Part shown: positions 47,417-57,492 of the stretch, piece after piece | Layout: each line of letters starts with the position of its first letter | Position numbering within the stretch: position 1 is the first letter of the stretch | DNA from: Planctomycetota bacterium | GTDB taxonomy: Bacteria; Planctomycetota; GCA-002687715; CAIWVZ01 | Reading direction: 5' to 3' | DNA: 64,000 nucleotides | NCBI GenBank assembly: GCA_044222185.1 | Contig: JBGANV010000003.1 | Span: 320,001 to 384,000 of the forward strand | Program-made: the position numbers and the translations under genes | Notes under the pieces: generated by a model | What the model saw: only the letters and a program-made list of their open reading frames with translations | What the model was told of the DNA's origin: nothing | Databases searched by the model: none

Positions 47417-50400
47417 ATGACGACCTCGCCCGAGCTCGCATCGACTGGGATGATCCGGCCGGTCCTCGCGGCAGTCGTCGTGGCGGCGATCGGTGCAGTC
47501 CTGCTGCCCGGTCCGGCGGGTTCCGTCGTCGCGCGCCCGACCGACGGCCCGCACGTTCGCCCTGGAGCGGAAAGCTCGGGATGCGAGACCTGCCACGCCG
47601 GAATCGAGGACATGCATCCCGCGTTCGCGCTGACCTGCGTCGACTGTCACGGGGGCAACGGCACGGCGACGACGGCGGATGGCGCACACGTCAAGCCCGA
47701 GCGCGCGCTCCCCAACGACGAACGCATCGTTCCCCTCGACTACGACCTTTCGTTCCGCCGCTTCGTGAACCCCGCTGACCTGCGCGTCGCGCAGCAAGCC
47801 TGCGGGGGCTGTCACGCAGGGATCGTCGCGGACGTGAAGAAATCGCTCCACGGGACGACCGCGGGCCATCTCTCCGATGGCTTGTTCGAGAACGGCGTCG
47901 TCAAGAAGCGTGGGACGTCCTTCTCGATCTTCCCCGTCGCGCACGAGAGCACGCCCAAGTCCCCGCACGGGCTGAAGGAGCTGTCGCCGGTTGGCGGCTT
48001 CCAACCCTCGGCGCCCGCCGACGAAATCCCGACGCACTATCGCGACGTCGTCCGCAAGAACTGCATGCAGTGCCACCTGTGGTCCCGCGGACGCGCGGTT
48101 CGCGGTCGGTTGGGACTGGACGGCGACTATCGCTCGGAAGGCTGCGCAGCGTGCCACGTCACGTACTCCGATACCGGGTTCTCCACCTCGGCGGACACGA
48201 AGATCGACCACAAGGAACCCGGTCATCCGTTGAAGCACGCGATGACGAGCAAGATCCCCACGGACACGTGCACGCGCTGCCACTACGGCGACGCACAGAT
48301 CGGGCTGTCGTTCCGCGGACTGGCGCAGCTCGTTCCCGGCCAACCAGCCGGCCCCGACGTCCCGGGAACCACCGCCAAGCGCCTCAACGGAAACTTCTAC
48401 GTTCGCGACGATTCGATCACGCCGCCGGACGTCCACCACCAACGCGGCATGCACTGCATCGACTGCCACACGTCCCGTGACACCATGGGCGACGGTGAGA
48501 TCTACCCGGTGATGGATCATGCGGTCGAGGTGGAGTGCTCGACCTGCCACGGGACGATCGAGGCGGAGGCGGACCTCAAGACGGCAGCCGGTCGGTCCAT
48601 GAAGAATCTCGTCCGCGAGGGACAGGAAGTCTTCCTCGTGTCCAAGGTCACGGGTGCGCGCCACCGCGTCAAGCAGGCGAAGAACGTCGTCGACGCCCTC
48701 CATCCGGACTTCCGACCGATGGCCCGCGAAGCGATGACGAAGGAGCACGGGAAACTCGAGTGCTACGCCTGCCATGCCGGCTGGACCGTGAACTTCTACG
48801 GCTTCCACTTCGACCGCAACGAGTCTTTCACGCAGCTCGAGCTCATCTCGGGCCAGCGCACGCCCGGCCGCGTGAACACGCTCGAGAAGGTCTTCGCGAC
48901 GTTCAAGCAATTCCAGCTCGGTTTGAACCACGAGGACGCATTCAGCACCTACGTGGTCGGGTTCAGCACGTTCTGCACGGCCTATGACGCCACCGGAAAG
49001 GTCGTCATCGACCAGCGGATGCCGAAGAGCGCGAACGGGTTGTCGGGGATGACCCTGATTCACCATCAGACGCACAGCACGAGGCCCGAGGCGCGATCCT
49101 GCGTCGAGTGCCACCGCTCCGGCTCCACGTGGGGGTTGGGGTCGGGTTCGTTCCGGCTGGGACGTGGCCTCGTCGCCAGCGCGACGCCCAAGGGTGTGGC
49201 CCTCGTCGCAACCGATCGCAAGACGATCGCCCAGTCCGTCGCCATGGCGGAGGTGCCCGTCGAGAATGCGCGGGACGTCGCCGTCGTCACGGATCCCATC
49301 AACGGCTTCACCGAGACGATCTACGCGGCGACGGCCCAGGGCATCACGGTCATCTCGACGGCGAACCCGGCGTTCCCCGACGTGCGGGCGAAGATCGCCG
49401 TGGAGGGAGGCGTCCGCGCCGTGCTCGCGACCGACCGCACGCTCTACGCCGCGAGCGGCCGTGGCGGCGTCCTCGTCTACGAGCTGAAGGATCGCCTCAA
49501 ACCCGAACTCGTCGCCCGCGTCCCCGTGCAGGATGCGCGCGGCCTCGCACACGGCTCGCTCTGCCTCTTCGTAGCCGACGGTGTGAACGGGCTCACGACG
49601 CTGGACGTCGCCGACCCGCGCAATCCGTCCATCCTCTCGAACCTGAAGCTCGGCCGTGTGTCGCCCACGGACCCGCCTGACGCGGGCTGCGAACGCGTTG
49701 CCGTGTTCTTCCAGTACAGCAGGCCCGCCATCGGAGACGCGCCGCGGTCCCGAGCGCGCCATCTCGCCGTCGCTGGGGGCCTGGGGATCGGGCTTCACCT
49801 GATCGACGTCACCGAGCCGACCCGGCCATTCATCATCAAGTCGTTCGGCGGAAAGAACGCGCTCGAGGGGATCAACAACGGCCGCCTCGTCGGCGTGGAG
49901 ATCGTGAGCAAATACGACCTGGGAAGCGCGGGCGGCGGCATCCCCTCGGTCGAGAACGACTACGTCTATGCCGCCATCGCCGGTGAACGGAACAGCGTCC
50001 AGATCCTCCGCGTGTCCGATCCGCGCAAGGCCGAGCGCGTCGAGACCATCCGCCTCGACGCCCGCCCGACCGGCCTCGCGACGCTTCGCCTGTACAACCC
50101 GCCGTTTCTGGTTCACGACCTCGTCATCCCCACGACCAAAGGCCTGCGCATCGCCGACGTGACTCGCTCCGAGCAACCGGCGATCGTCGCCAAGATGGAC
50201 GATCTCGTGTGCTCGGGCGGCGTCGCCGTCGAATCCATGCCGTTGGATCGGGTGATCACCGAGGAAGGGATCCAGTTGAAGGACATCGCCCACGAACACG
50301 CCCGCTACGTGACCGCCGCAGAGCTCCGGCGCATCCTTCGGACGCGGATCCCGTACAATGCCCCCGACCCCGCAGACGACCAGCCCGACGAACTCCCGAA

Positions 50401-50422
50401 CAAGGAGAAGCGCCCAAAATGA
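47417..50422 (+). CDS. Multiheme c-type cytochrome (10 CxxCH) with C-terminal LVIVD-repeat beta-propeller
   Basis: CETCH, CVDCH, CGGCH, CMQCH, CAACH, CTRCH, CIDCH, CSTCH, CYACH, CVECH; then LFVADGVNGLTTLDVADPRNP-type repeats; N-terminal signal/TM. Confidence 0.9.
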   Translation: MTTSPELASTGMIRPVLAAVVVAAIGAVLLPGPAGSVVARPTDGPHVRPGAESSGCETCHAGIEDMHPAFALTCVDCHGGNGTATTADGAHVKPERALPNDERIVPLDYDLSFRRFVNPADLRVAQQACGGCHAGIVADVKKSLHGTTAGHLSDGLFENGVVKKRGTSFSIFPVAHESTPKSPHGLKELSPVGGFQPSAPADEIPTHYRDVVRKNCMQCHLWSRGRAVRGRLGLDGDYRSEGCAACHVTYSDTGFSTSADTKIDHKEPGHPLKHAMTSKIPTDTCTRCHYGDAQIGLSFRGLAQLVPGQPAGPDVPGTTAKRLNGNFYVRDDSITPPDVHHQRGMHCIDCHTSRDTMGDGEIYPVMDHAVEVECSTCHGTIEAEADLKTAAGRSMKNLVREGQEVFLVSKVTGARHRVKQAKNVVDALHPDFRPMAREAMTKEHGKLECYACHAGWTVNFYGFHFDRNESFTQLELISGQRTPGRVNTLEKVFATFKQFQLGLNHEDAFSTYVVGFSTFCTAYDATGKVVIDQRMPKSANGLSGMTLIHHQTHSTRPEARSCVECHRSGSTWGLGSGSFRLGRGLVASATPKGVALVATDRKTIAQSVAMAEVPVENARDVAVVTDPINGFTETIYAATAQGITVISTANPAFPDVRAKIAVEGGVRAVLATDRTLYAASGRGGVLVYELKDRLKPELVARVPVQDARGLAHGSLCLFVADGVNGLTTLDVADPRNPSILSNLKLGRVSPTDPPDAGCERVAVFFQYSRPAIGDAPRSRARHLAVAGGLGIGLHLIDVTEPTRPFIIKSFGGKNALEGINNGRLVGVEIVSKYDLGSAGGGIPSVENDYVYAAIAGERNSVQILRVSDPRKAERVETIRLDARPTGLATLRLYNPPFLVHDLVIPTTKGLRIADVTRSEQPAIVAKMDDLVCSGGVAVESMPLDRVITEEGIQLKDIAHEHARYVTAAELRRILRTRIPYNAPDPADDQPDELPNKEKRPK

Positions 50423-51342
50423 ACCGCCTGCTCATCGCGTGTGCGCTCCTCGTTGCGACGTCCGCGGCGCCTGCGCAGGACACGCCGGCAAAGACCGCGG
50501 ATGCGGTCATTCGCAAGTACGACACCAACCACGATGGCTACGTCGGTTACGACGAGCTGAAGGACCCCGAACTCCTCAAGAAGTACGACAAGAACGGCGA
50601 TAGGCGCATCACGGCTGCGGACTTCCTGGCGGCCGAAAAGCTCGGTGGCGGCAAGAACGAGATGATGATGACCCTCGCGCTCGAGTACGAGGGATTCCAA
50701 TCGATCACCAAGTTCGACACGAACAAGGACGGAAGCTTCGACGCCGCCGAGTTGCGCTTCCTGTTGTTCACCATCTGCAGCCGCGATCGGGATCAAGTCA
50801 TCACCGAACGCGAGGCGCGGGTGTCCCCCGTCCCACCGGCGGCCGGCGCGCTCCTGACCGAGGGCTGGTTGTTTCGCGAGTTCAAGGCGCTCGACGGCGA
50901 CGGGGACGAACTGATCACGATGAAGGAGTTCCGAGTCCCCGAAGCGTGGATGAAGGCCCTCGACAAGAACCGCGACGGGAGGATCTCGTTCGACGAGTTC
51001 GCGCACGCGCAGGTCGACGCCATGGGCGGCTACATCGCGAAATACGGTGAGCTGTTCGTGGCTCTCGGGCAGCGGCAGAAGGTCGATCGCGCCAATTGGA
51101 CGGGCGACGTCGCCATGTTCAACCGGATGGACGAAAACAACGACCAGGTGGTGACGCTCCAGGAGTTCGACCGATACGCGCGAAGCCTCCGGACGGTGCT
51201 CGGGCTCGCATCCGACTTCGTCACACGCTTCGACATCGACGGGGATGGCAAGGTCGCCCGAATCGAGTTCCCAGGCAATGACACCATGTTCAGCAGGATG
51301 GACCGCAATGGCGATGGCTTCATCGCGGCGAACGACCGCTGA
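50419..51342 (+). CDS. Exported multi-EF-hand calcium-binding protein
   Basis: ATGA overlap with the cytochrome; signal peptide; about 8 DxNxDG-type loops (e.g. DTNHDGYVGYDE, DKNRDGRISFDE, DIDGDGKVARIE). Confidence 0.85.
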   Translation: MNRLLIACALLVATSAAPAQDTPAKTADAVIRKYDTNHDGYVGYDELKDPELLKKYDKNGDRRITAADFLAAEKLGGGKNEMMMTLALEYEGFQSITKFDTNKDGSFDAAELRFLLFTICSRDRDQVITEREARVSPVPPAAGALLTEGWLFREFKALDGDGDELITMKEFRVPEAWMKALDKNRDGRISFDEFAHAQVDAMGGYIAKYGELFVALGQRQKVDRANWTGDVAMFNRMDENNDQVVTLQEFDRYARSLRTVLGLASDFVTRFDIDGDGKVARIEFPGNDTMFSRMDRNGDGFIAANDR

Positions 51343-51424
51343 ACTGCCGCGCCTCGCGTCCACGTCCGGGCTCGGCGCGCGGCGTACCGGAGAGACTCTC
51401 GTGCATTCACGTCCCCGCGCAGCC

Positions 51425-52741
51425 ATGCTCTTCCTCGCGCTCGCAACGTCATGGGCGACGCTGGCACAGGATCCGGGCGTCACGACCTCGGAAGACGTGG
51501 GCACGGCAAGAGTGGTCGTCGTTTGCGCGCCGACGCTCCCGAAACAGGCGCTCTTCGCCTGCCTTCCGATTGGGCTCCTCACCGACGATGCGGGAGCCGC
51601 GCAGTTCGCTCACCTGCTGGAACACATGTTGATCCGGTCGGTCGATCCGGGCGGCCTGGAGGTCGACGGCCAGGCCATCAACGGGGAGACGAACGGATCC
51701 CTCGTGCGATTCGAAGTGATCGGCCCTCCGTCCAAACTCACGGAGATGGCCGGCCGGCTTCACCGATGGCTTGCGGCGCGCGAGTTCTCGCCGCGCGTCC
51801 TCGAGACCGAGAAGCTCCGGATCCAAGAGGAGGAGCAGTCGACGGTCGCGGGGGGATTTGCCGCGAAGTGGGCGTCCGCGGCCTGGTCGCAGGTCGTGCT
51901 CCACGGGCGATCCCACGCCGCCGTTCACGGAGACGTCGCGCAGGCGTCGGCTCCGGCGCTCGCCGCCTACGCTGCCGCACGCGTCCGCCTCGATCGGCCA
52001 TTCACCATCCTCGCCGTCGGACCGTCCCGCCACGACGAGGTCGTCGGAGCGATCCGGTCGGCGTTCCCGCCGGCGGATGCCCAGCCCGGGCGGGGCGCCG
52101 TCGATGCCGAATCTCGCACCGCGACGCGACCGGAAACGCGACCCACGCGGACCGCCATCGCAGCCACGTGGGACCTGGACGTCCGCCACCGCCTCGATTG
52201 GATCGTCGTTCGAGTCGGGTCGGCCGCAGATCGCCTGGCGGCGGCGGCCGTCGCGCAGGAACTGCAGCGAATGGCCGCGATGCGTTCACGCGCGGGCAAT
52301 GCTCCCATGATCCTCACTTCAGCCGACGCGTTCGCGCCCGACCGGATCCTCCTCGCCGCGGGCGCGAGCTATCGGACCGACGCCGAGGGTGATTCGATCT
52401 CCACCCGCCTCGCGTCGCTCGCCAATGCGTTGGGGAAGGTCGCGAAGAGCACCCTCTGGAACGGCCGGGCCGAACTGGTGCTGAAAGAGGTCGCCGGACC
52501 AGATCTCACACTCGCGGCCTCATCCACGGCTCTCGCCTCGATGCCGAAACGGGTGCGCGACCTCGCCGGCATCAACATGGCCCTCGGCGCGATGGTGCCC
52601 TATCTGGGAGTGGGTGCGACGCCCGCGACGCGCTCGGGTGTCGATGCCGCAGACGTTGCCGCTGCCATGAAGGCCATCGCAGCGGATTTCGCGTCGGCCG
52701 AGTCACGTGGCTCGTTGACGCTCACGCCGGTCGGCAAGTGA
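51425..52741 (+). CDS. Exported insulinase (M16)-like protein, divergent
   Basis: AHLLEHM inverted Zn motif, INGET, ETEKLRIQEE; alternative GTG start 51401. Confidence 0.65.
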   Translation: MLFLALATSWATLAQDPGVTTSEDVGTARVVVVCAPTLPKQALFACLPIGLLTDDAGAAQFAHLLEHMLIRSVDPGGLEVDGQAINGETNGSLVRFEVIGPPSKLTEMAGRLHRWLAAREFSPRVLETEKLRIQEEEQSTVAGGFAAKWASAAWSQVVLHGRSHAAVHGDVAQASAPALAAYAAARVRLDRPFTILAVGPSRHDEVVGAIRSAFPPADAQPGRGAVDAESRTATRPETRPTRTAIAATWDLDVRHRLDWIVVRVGSAADRLAAAAVAQELQRMAAMRSRAGNAPMILTSADAFAPDRILLAAGASYRTDAEGDSISTRLASLANALGKVAKSTLWNGRAELVLKEVAGPDLTLAASSTALASMPKRVRDLAGINMALGAMVPYLGVGATPATRSGVDAADVAAAMKAIAADFASAESRGSLTLTPVGK

Positions 52742-52796
52742 CGCGGCCCAACCGTCGCCCTCGTGCCGCCGCGGCCGCGGCGTATGATCTCGCCCC

Positions 52797-53759
52797 GTGG
52801 AACCGATCTTCCCGCGTGCGCTGAAACCCGGTGACAAAGTCGCCGTCGTCTCCCCCGCCGGCCCGCTCCGCGAGCGCGAACCGCTCGACGCCGGCATCAA
52901 GCGCCTGAAGAAGTGGAACCTGGAACCCGTGCTGATGAAGCACGCCCTGGACAGCTTCGGGTACCTGGCGGGACAGGACGCAACCCGCATCCTCGATCTC
53001 CAAGCGGCGATCGACGACCCGAAGATGCGGGCCATCTTCTGCACCCGCGGTGGCTACGGAATCACGCGGCTGCTCGGCAAGCTCGACCTCACGGCGCTGC
53101 GCACCGACCCGCGCCCCGTGATCGGCTACAGCGACATCACGGCGTTGCTCCTGGCCATCCGGCAGATGACCGGTCTCGTGTCGTTCCACGGACCCATGGT
53201 CGCGACGGGCCAGGGCTGGGCCTTCGACGCGAGGACGGAGGAACTTCAGCGAAGCCTCCTGTTCGATGCCCAGAAGGAACGCGTGATGCCGCTCGATACG
53301 ACGGAGCCGGCACCGCACGTCATGGTGCGCGGAATCGCAGAGGGACCGCTCGTCGGTGGCAACCTGTCGCTCCTCGCGGCTCTTCAGGGAACGGCATGGG
53401 CGCCGGACATGGCAGGTGCCATTGCCTTCATCGAAGACACCGAGGAGGCTCCGTATCGGATCGATCGCATGCTCACGCAGCTCATCCAGACGGGCTTCTT
53501 CAACCGCGCGGCGGGCGTGATCCTGGGGGACTTCCACAAATCCGATGCGCCCTCCGGGACGGAAGCCACCGACTTGAAGTGGGTTCTGCAGGACCGCCTG
53601 GGGACGCTGAAGATTCCTGTCGCGTACGGATTTCCATTCGGGCACCGGGGGCGCGCGTGGACGATCCCGGTCGGCGTCCGCGCGACGCTCGTCGCGAACG
53701 ATCCAGCCCGTCCCCCGCAGTTGACGCTGACGCAGGCCGCAGTCCAGACGCGTCGGTGA
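52797..53759 (+). CDS. ldcA: LD-carboxypeptidase (S66, LdcA/MccF family)
   Basis: LKPGDKVAVVSPAG, TRGGYG, IGYSDIT (catalytic Ser), GGNLSLL, FIED, FGH. Confidence 0.9.
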   Translation: MEPIFPRALKPGDKVAVVSPAGPLREREPLDAGIKRLKKWNLEPVLMKHALDSFGYLAGQDATRILDLQAAIDDPKMRAIFCTRGGYGITRLLGKLDLTALRTDPRPVIGYSDITALLLAIRQMTGLVSFHGPMVATGQGWAFDARTEELQRSLLFDAQKERVMPLDTTEPAPHVMVRGIAEGPLVGGNLSLLAALQGTAWAPDMAGAIAFIEDTEEAPYRIDRMLTQLIQTGFFNRAAGVILGDFHKSDAPSGTEATDLKWVLQDRLGTLKIPVAYGFPFGHRGRAWTIPVGVRATLVANDPARPPQLTLTQAAVQTRR

Positions 53760-54006
53760 CCGCGCTGCGGACGTGCCGCGCACGTCACCATGGCCGGACG
53801 CGATCTCATGTCCGCGAACAGGAAACGGCCATCGACGTCCGATAGCTCTCGCATCAGGCGTTCGAGCGAAAAGCGGCCGATGTTGGCTCAATTTCGCGCA
53901 CTTTTCCCGTGGTAGTCTCGGTCGATCGCGCGTCGGCACCCCATTGAGGACCGGTGTGTGGCCGCGGCTCGCCGCGGCACCCCGCACAACTCGGAAGTAG
54001 TTTTTC

Positions 54007-55857
54007 ATGAGAGTTCTCCTCTCGCACTCGGACTTTGCGCCCGCATCGCTGGCGCTCGTCAACGTGAAGGGGTTCGCGCTCGCAGATGCACAGGTCCGCG
54101 ACGCTACTTCGATCGAGATCCTGACGTCGCACGTCTCGGAGGACCCGACGGCGTACGTCGAGCGGTTGGCCGACGTGGCCCGTCGTCACGCCCCGGACGT
54201 CGTCGGGCTCTCCGTCTACATCTGGTCGCGCGACCGCATGTACGAGGCCACGCGCCGCGTGCGCGAGATCCTCCCCGACGCCTTGATCGTCTGGGGAGGG
54301 CCGGACGTCTCCGACGCCGACTACGCGCTGGAGCTGATGCAGGAGAACCCGGGCGTCGACGTGATCGTCCGCGACGAAGGCGAACAGACGTTCCGCCGCC
54401 TCCTCCGTCACCGGCTCGGGGTCGGCTCACCGCTCGCGGAGATCCGAGGGATCACGTGGCGTGATCGCGCGACGGGCCGGATCGAGTCCACCGGCACCGT
54501 CGACTTCCTCCAGAACCTGGACGAGATCCCATCGCTCATGGACTCGCCGGACATCGACGTCAGCAAGGTCGACTCGCTCGCGATCGAGACGTTCCGCGGC
54601 TGCTACATGGGCTGCAACTACTGCTACTGGGGCGGGACCACGCGGCGCGCCTTCTCCGATTCGCGCGTCTACTCCGACCTCGGCAGGATTCTCGCGCTCC
54701 CGAACGTCAAGAACCTGTGGTTCTTCGACTCCATGTTCGGATACAAGAAACAAGCGGCGAAGGACATCCTGCGCTTCATCATCGCCCGAAAGAGCCCCGG
54801 GCTCTCCATCACCTTCTTCCCGAACCTCGACTTCCTCGACGAAGAGCTTTGCTCTCTGTTCCGCGAAGCCAACGTCTACATCGAGGTCGGCATCCAGACG
54901 ACGAACGCGGCCGCGTACGAGAACCTGAACCGCAAGTGGGATCGCCCGTTCCTCGACAAGAAGATCCCTCTCCTCGAGCAGTACGGCCTGAAGTCGAACG
55001 CCCAGCAACTGATCCTCGGCCTCCCGGGCGACGACCTGCGCGGGTTCCGCGCGTCCATCGACTACGCGTTCGCCACCAACCCGGAGTGCATCTACGTCTT
55101 CCCGTTCTCGCTGCTGCCGGCGACCGGTTTCTGGCGAAGGCGGAACGAGTTCGGACTGAAGATCGACGGTCAATTCCGGATCGTCTACGAATCGACGACG
55201 TTCAGCGAGTCCGACATGATCACTGGCGGCCTCATCATGGTCGGCGCCAAGTGGTACGGGAGATTCCCCGGCCTCGCTCAACGCGCAGTGAAACTCCTCG
55301 GCGTGAGCGCCTCCGAACTGTTCGAACGGTTCGGGATGACGTTCGCGGCCGACGTCTGGGGGTTGCCGCTGAAGCCGGAGCACTCCCCAGCGCTCCGGCG
55401 AAAGCTGCTCCTCCAGGCGTTCCCGGAGCATGACGAGCAGTACCTCGTCGCAGAAGCCCTCCGGCGCACGGTGGCTCGATACTTCGGAGGACGCGGGTTC
55501 GAAGCCGTGATCGACGAGATGATCCGGCACGAGCAGTTCCTGAACACGGATCAGATCCTCGTCGACGGCGTCTCCGATCCGGCGTCGGTCACGGCCGCGA
55601 TCGAGACCTGGCGCTCGCACCCCGACGCCGCGCCTCTGACGGAGGTGGCCCTGGACGTGTTCCACCCGCAGCCCCCCGGGCCGGCGGCACCATCCCCGTG
55701 GGCGCCGATCCACTTCCTCGCCTACCCGCTCCCGGCCCCACGCGACTTCTTCAAGAAGGACCGCCCCAGGTATCAGATCGTCGTGTTCCGAGACGGCCCG
55801 CCGTCGACGATCACGCGAACGCCACGACGGCGCGCGGTTCCGGCACGAGCCCGGTGA
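54007..55857 (+). CDS. B12-binding domain radical SAM protein
   Basis: PDVVGLSVYIW...IVWGGPDV...DEGE cobalamin-binding domain; ETFRGCYMGCNYC CxxxCxxC; EVGIQT; LILGLPGD. Confidence 0.9.
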   Translation: MRVLLSHSDFAPASLALVNVKGFALADAQVRDATSIEILTSHVSEDPTAYVERLADVARRHAPDVVGLSVYIWSRDRMYEATRRVREILPDALIVWGGPDVSDADYALELMQENPGVDVIVRDEGEQTFRRLLRHRLGVGSPLAEIRGITWRDRATGRIESTGTVDFLQNLDEIPSLMDSPDIDVSKVDSLAIETFRGCYMGCNYCYWGGTTRRAFSDSRVYSDLGRILALPNVKNLWFFDSMFGYKKQAAKDILRFIIARKSPGLSITFFPNLDFLDEELCSLFREANVYIEVGIQTTNAAAYENLNRKWDRPFLDKKIPLLEQYGLKSNAQQLILGLPGDDLRGFRASIDYAFATNPECIYVFPFSLLPATGFWRRRNEFGLKIDGQFRIVYESTTFSESDMITGGLIMVGAKWYGRFPGLAQRAVKLLGVSASELFERFGMTFAADVWGLPLKPEHSPALRRKLLLQAFPEHDEQYLVAEALRRTVARYFGGRGFEAVIDEMIRHEQFLNTDQILVDGVSDPASVTAAIETWRSHPDAAPLTEVALDVFHPQPPGPAAPSPWAPIHFLAYPLPAPRDFFKKDRPRYQIVVFRDGPPSTITRTPRRRAVPARAR

Positions 55858-55938
55858 CACCAGGGCGCGCGTTCTGAGGTCCTCGACCGCGGACACGCGC
55901 GCCGAGTCCAAAGCGCAAGCCCCGTTATGATCCCGCCC

Positions 55939-55986
55939 ATGTTCCGCACTCCCGCCCACGCGAACGGCCGAGCCCGGACCTCGTGA
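55939..55986 (+). other. Putative leaderless 15-aa upstream ORF coupled to the glycosyltransferase
   Basis: TATGAT (55926-31), 7 nt, ATG; MFRTPAHANGRARTS*; its TGA overlaps the downstream GTG (GTGA). Confidence 0.35.
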
Positions 55987-57482
55987 CGGCGCCGCAGCCC
56001 AGAGACTCCAGGGCGATCGCATCCAGCCGAGCGATCGTCCTCGCCGCCGTGCTCCTCGCGACCGGACTCGCGCTCCATGGGATCTCGGACGCCTGGGAGG
56101 AGGGTTTCCGCGGCATCAACGGCGGCTTCTACCACGGCAACTTCGTCCGCCATTACCTCGAAGCCGGTCTTGCGGCGACGCACGGCGCCGCCGCGATCAA
56201 GTCGATCCCGGGCAATCCGCCCACGCTCTTCTTCGACCATCACCACCCCACGGGTTATCCGCTCGCGCTGGCCGCCGCCGCAGCCGTGTTCGGCCTCTCC
56301 GAACTCACGCTGCGGGTTACCGCATTGCTGATGTTCCTGCCGGCCGTCGTCGGCCTTGCCGCCCTCGCGCGGCGATTCGGCGGCGGGCAGCGCTCGGGCG
56401 TCGCGGCGCTCCTCCTCGTGCTGTTCCCGCTCGGTGGCTACTGGGGGCCCATGGTGAGCGCCGACGGCGGCGTACTCTCGGCAGGCCTGTGGACGCTCGT
56501 GCTGTTCGTCGACCAGGTGCGCGCCCCAGCCCGGTGGCGCGGCCTCGCACTCGCGCTCCTGTACGTCGTCGGCGGCTCCCTCGACTGGGGCTATCACTTC
56601 TTCGGCGCCGCCTGCTTCCTCATCGCCTGGTTGCTGCCCGAGCGACGGCGGGCGCTGATCACGGTTGCCGCGCTCGCGGTCGTGAGCTGCGTCCCCATCG
56701 GCATCTGGGCCGTCCAGGGAATCGCCGTGTACGGTTCGGTGAAAGGGCTGGGGGCAGCGCTCGAAACCATCTTCGACCACTCAGCACGAACGAGTCCGAC
56801 GCTCGGAGTCTTCGCCGGAACGGTGGGAGGGTACGCGTGGAAGTGGATCACGTGGCCGGGCCTGGCGGCGCTCGCGCTGGGACTCGTCCTGGGCTGGAGG
56901 CGACGGAGTGACGGGACTCCCGATCCATTGCCGCGGCTCGCAGCCATCCTGATCGTGCCCGGCGTCCTGATGTGCACGTTCCTCCCCGGACACGCGGTGG
57001 TGCACGACTTCTGGATCCTGCACTCCCTGCCGGGCGTGGCACTGTTCGCGGCGTGCGGCATCGACGCCGTCGCCCGACGCTTCGGAGCGCAGGCGACGAC
57101 CGTCGCGATCGTGCTCACGCTCGCAGCCGGCGTACCGGGCGGCGTCCGCACCTGGGTGGCGGTCGAGGAACACAGGACGACGCGGTTTCGAGACACGGCC
57201 GCGCTCGTCAGCAGTCTCCTCGAGCCCGGCGACATCGTCTGCACGACGGCGTCATTCGACATCGAGAGCTACTACATCCCGACGTTCGTCTTCCCATTCC
57301 AGCAGACGGTCGAGGCATTCGATTTGGCCGTGAAAGGGCTGGCGCTCCTGCCGCCGGGCGTGAAGCGGATGGTCTACGTGATGGGGCCCGAATGGGCGGG
57401 GAGCGCGCTCGACCAGTCGATCGCAGCCCGCTACCCTCGCGAAGTCCATGGGGGATGGATCGTCTACAGGGTCCCCCGCTGA
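55983..57482 (+). CDS. GT-C fold membrane glycosyltransferase (ArnT/PMT, GT39/83-like)
   Basis: Polytopic TM protein; FFDHHHPTGYPL...FGLSELTLRV first-loop signature. Confidence 0.7.
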   Translation: MTAPQPRDSRAIASSRAIVLAAVLLATGLALHGISDAWEEGFRGINGGFYHGNFVRHYLEAGLAATHGAAAIKSIPGNPPTLFFDHHHPTGYPLALAAAAAVFGLSELTLRVTALLMFLPAVVGLAALARRFGGGQRSGVAALLLVLFPLGGYWGPMVSADGGVLSAGLWTLVLFVDQVRAPARWRGLALALLYVVGGSLDWGYHFFGAACFLIAWLLPERRRALITVAALAVVSCVPIGIWAVQGIAVYGSVKGLGAALETIFDHSARTSPTLGVFAGTVGGYAWKWITWPGLAALALGLVLGWRRRSDGTPDPLPRLAAILIVPGVLMCTFLPGHAVVHDFWILHSLPGVALFAACGIDAVARRFGAQATTVAIVLTLAAGVPGGVRTWVAVEEHRTTRFRDTAALVSSLLEPGDIVCTTASFDIESYYIPTFVFPFQQTVEAFDLAVKGLALLPPGVKRMVYVMGPEWAGSALDQSIAARYPREVHGGWIVYRVPR

Positions 57483-57492
57483 AGGAGTCGCC

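Noticed and set aside
53950-53992. Nested hairpin in the 5' leader of the B12-radical SAM gene as a cobalamin or SAM riboswitch
   Set aside because: It lacks the B12-box and SAM core motifs; GC-rich hairpins are expected by chance.
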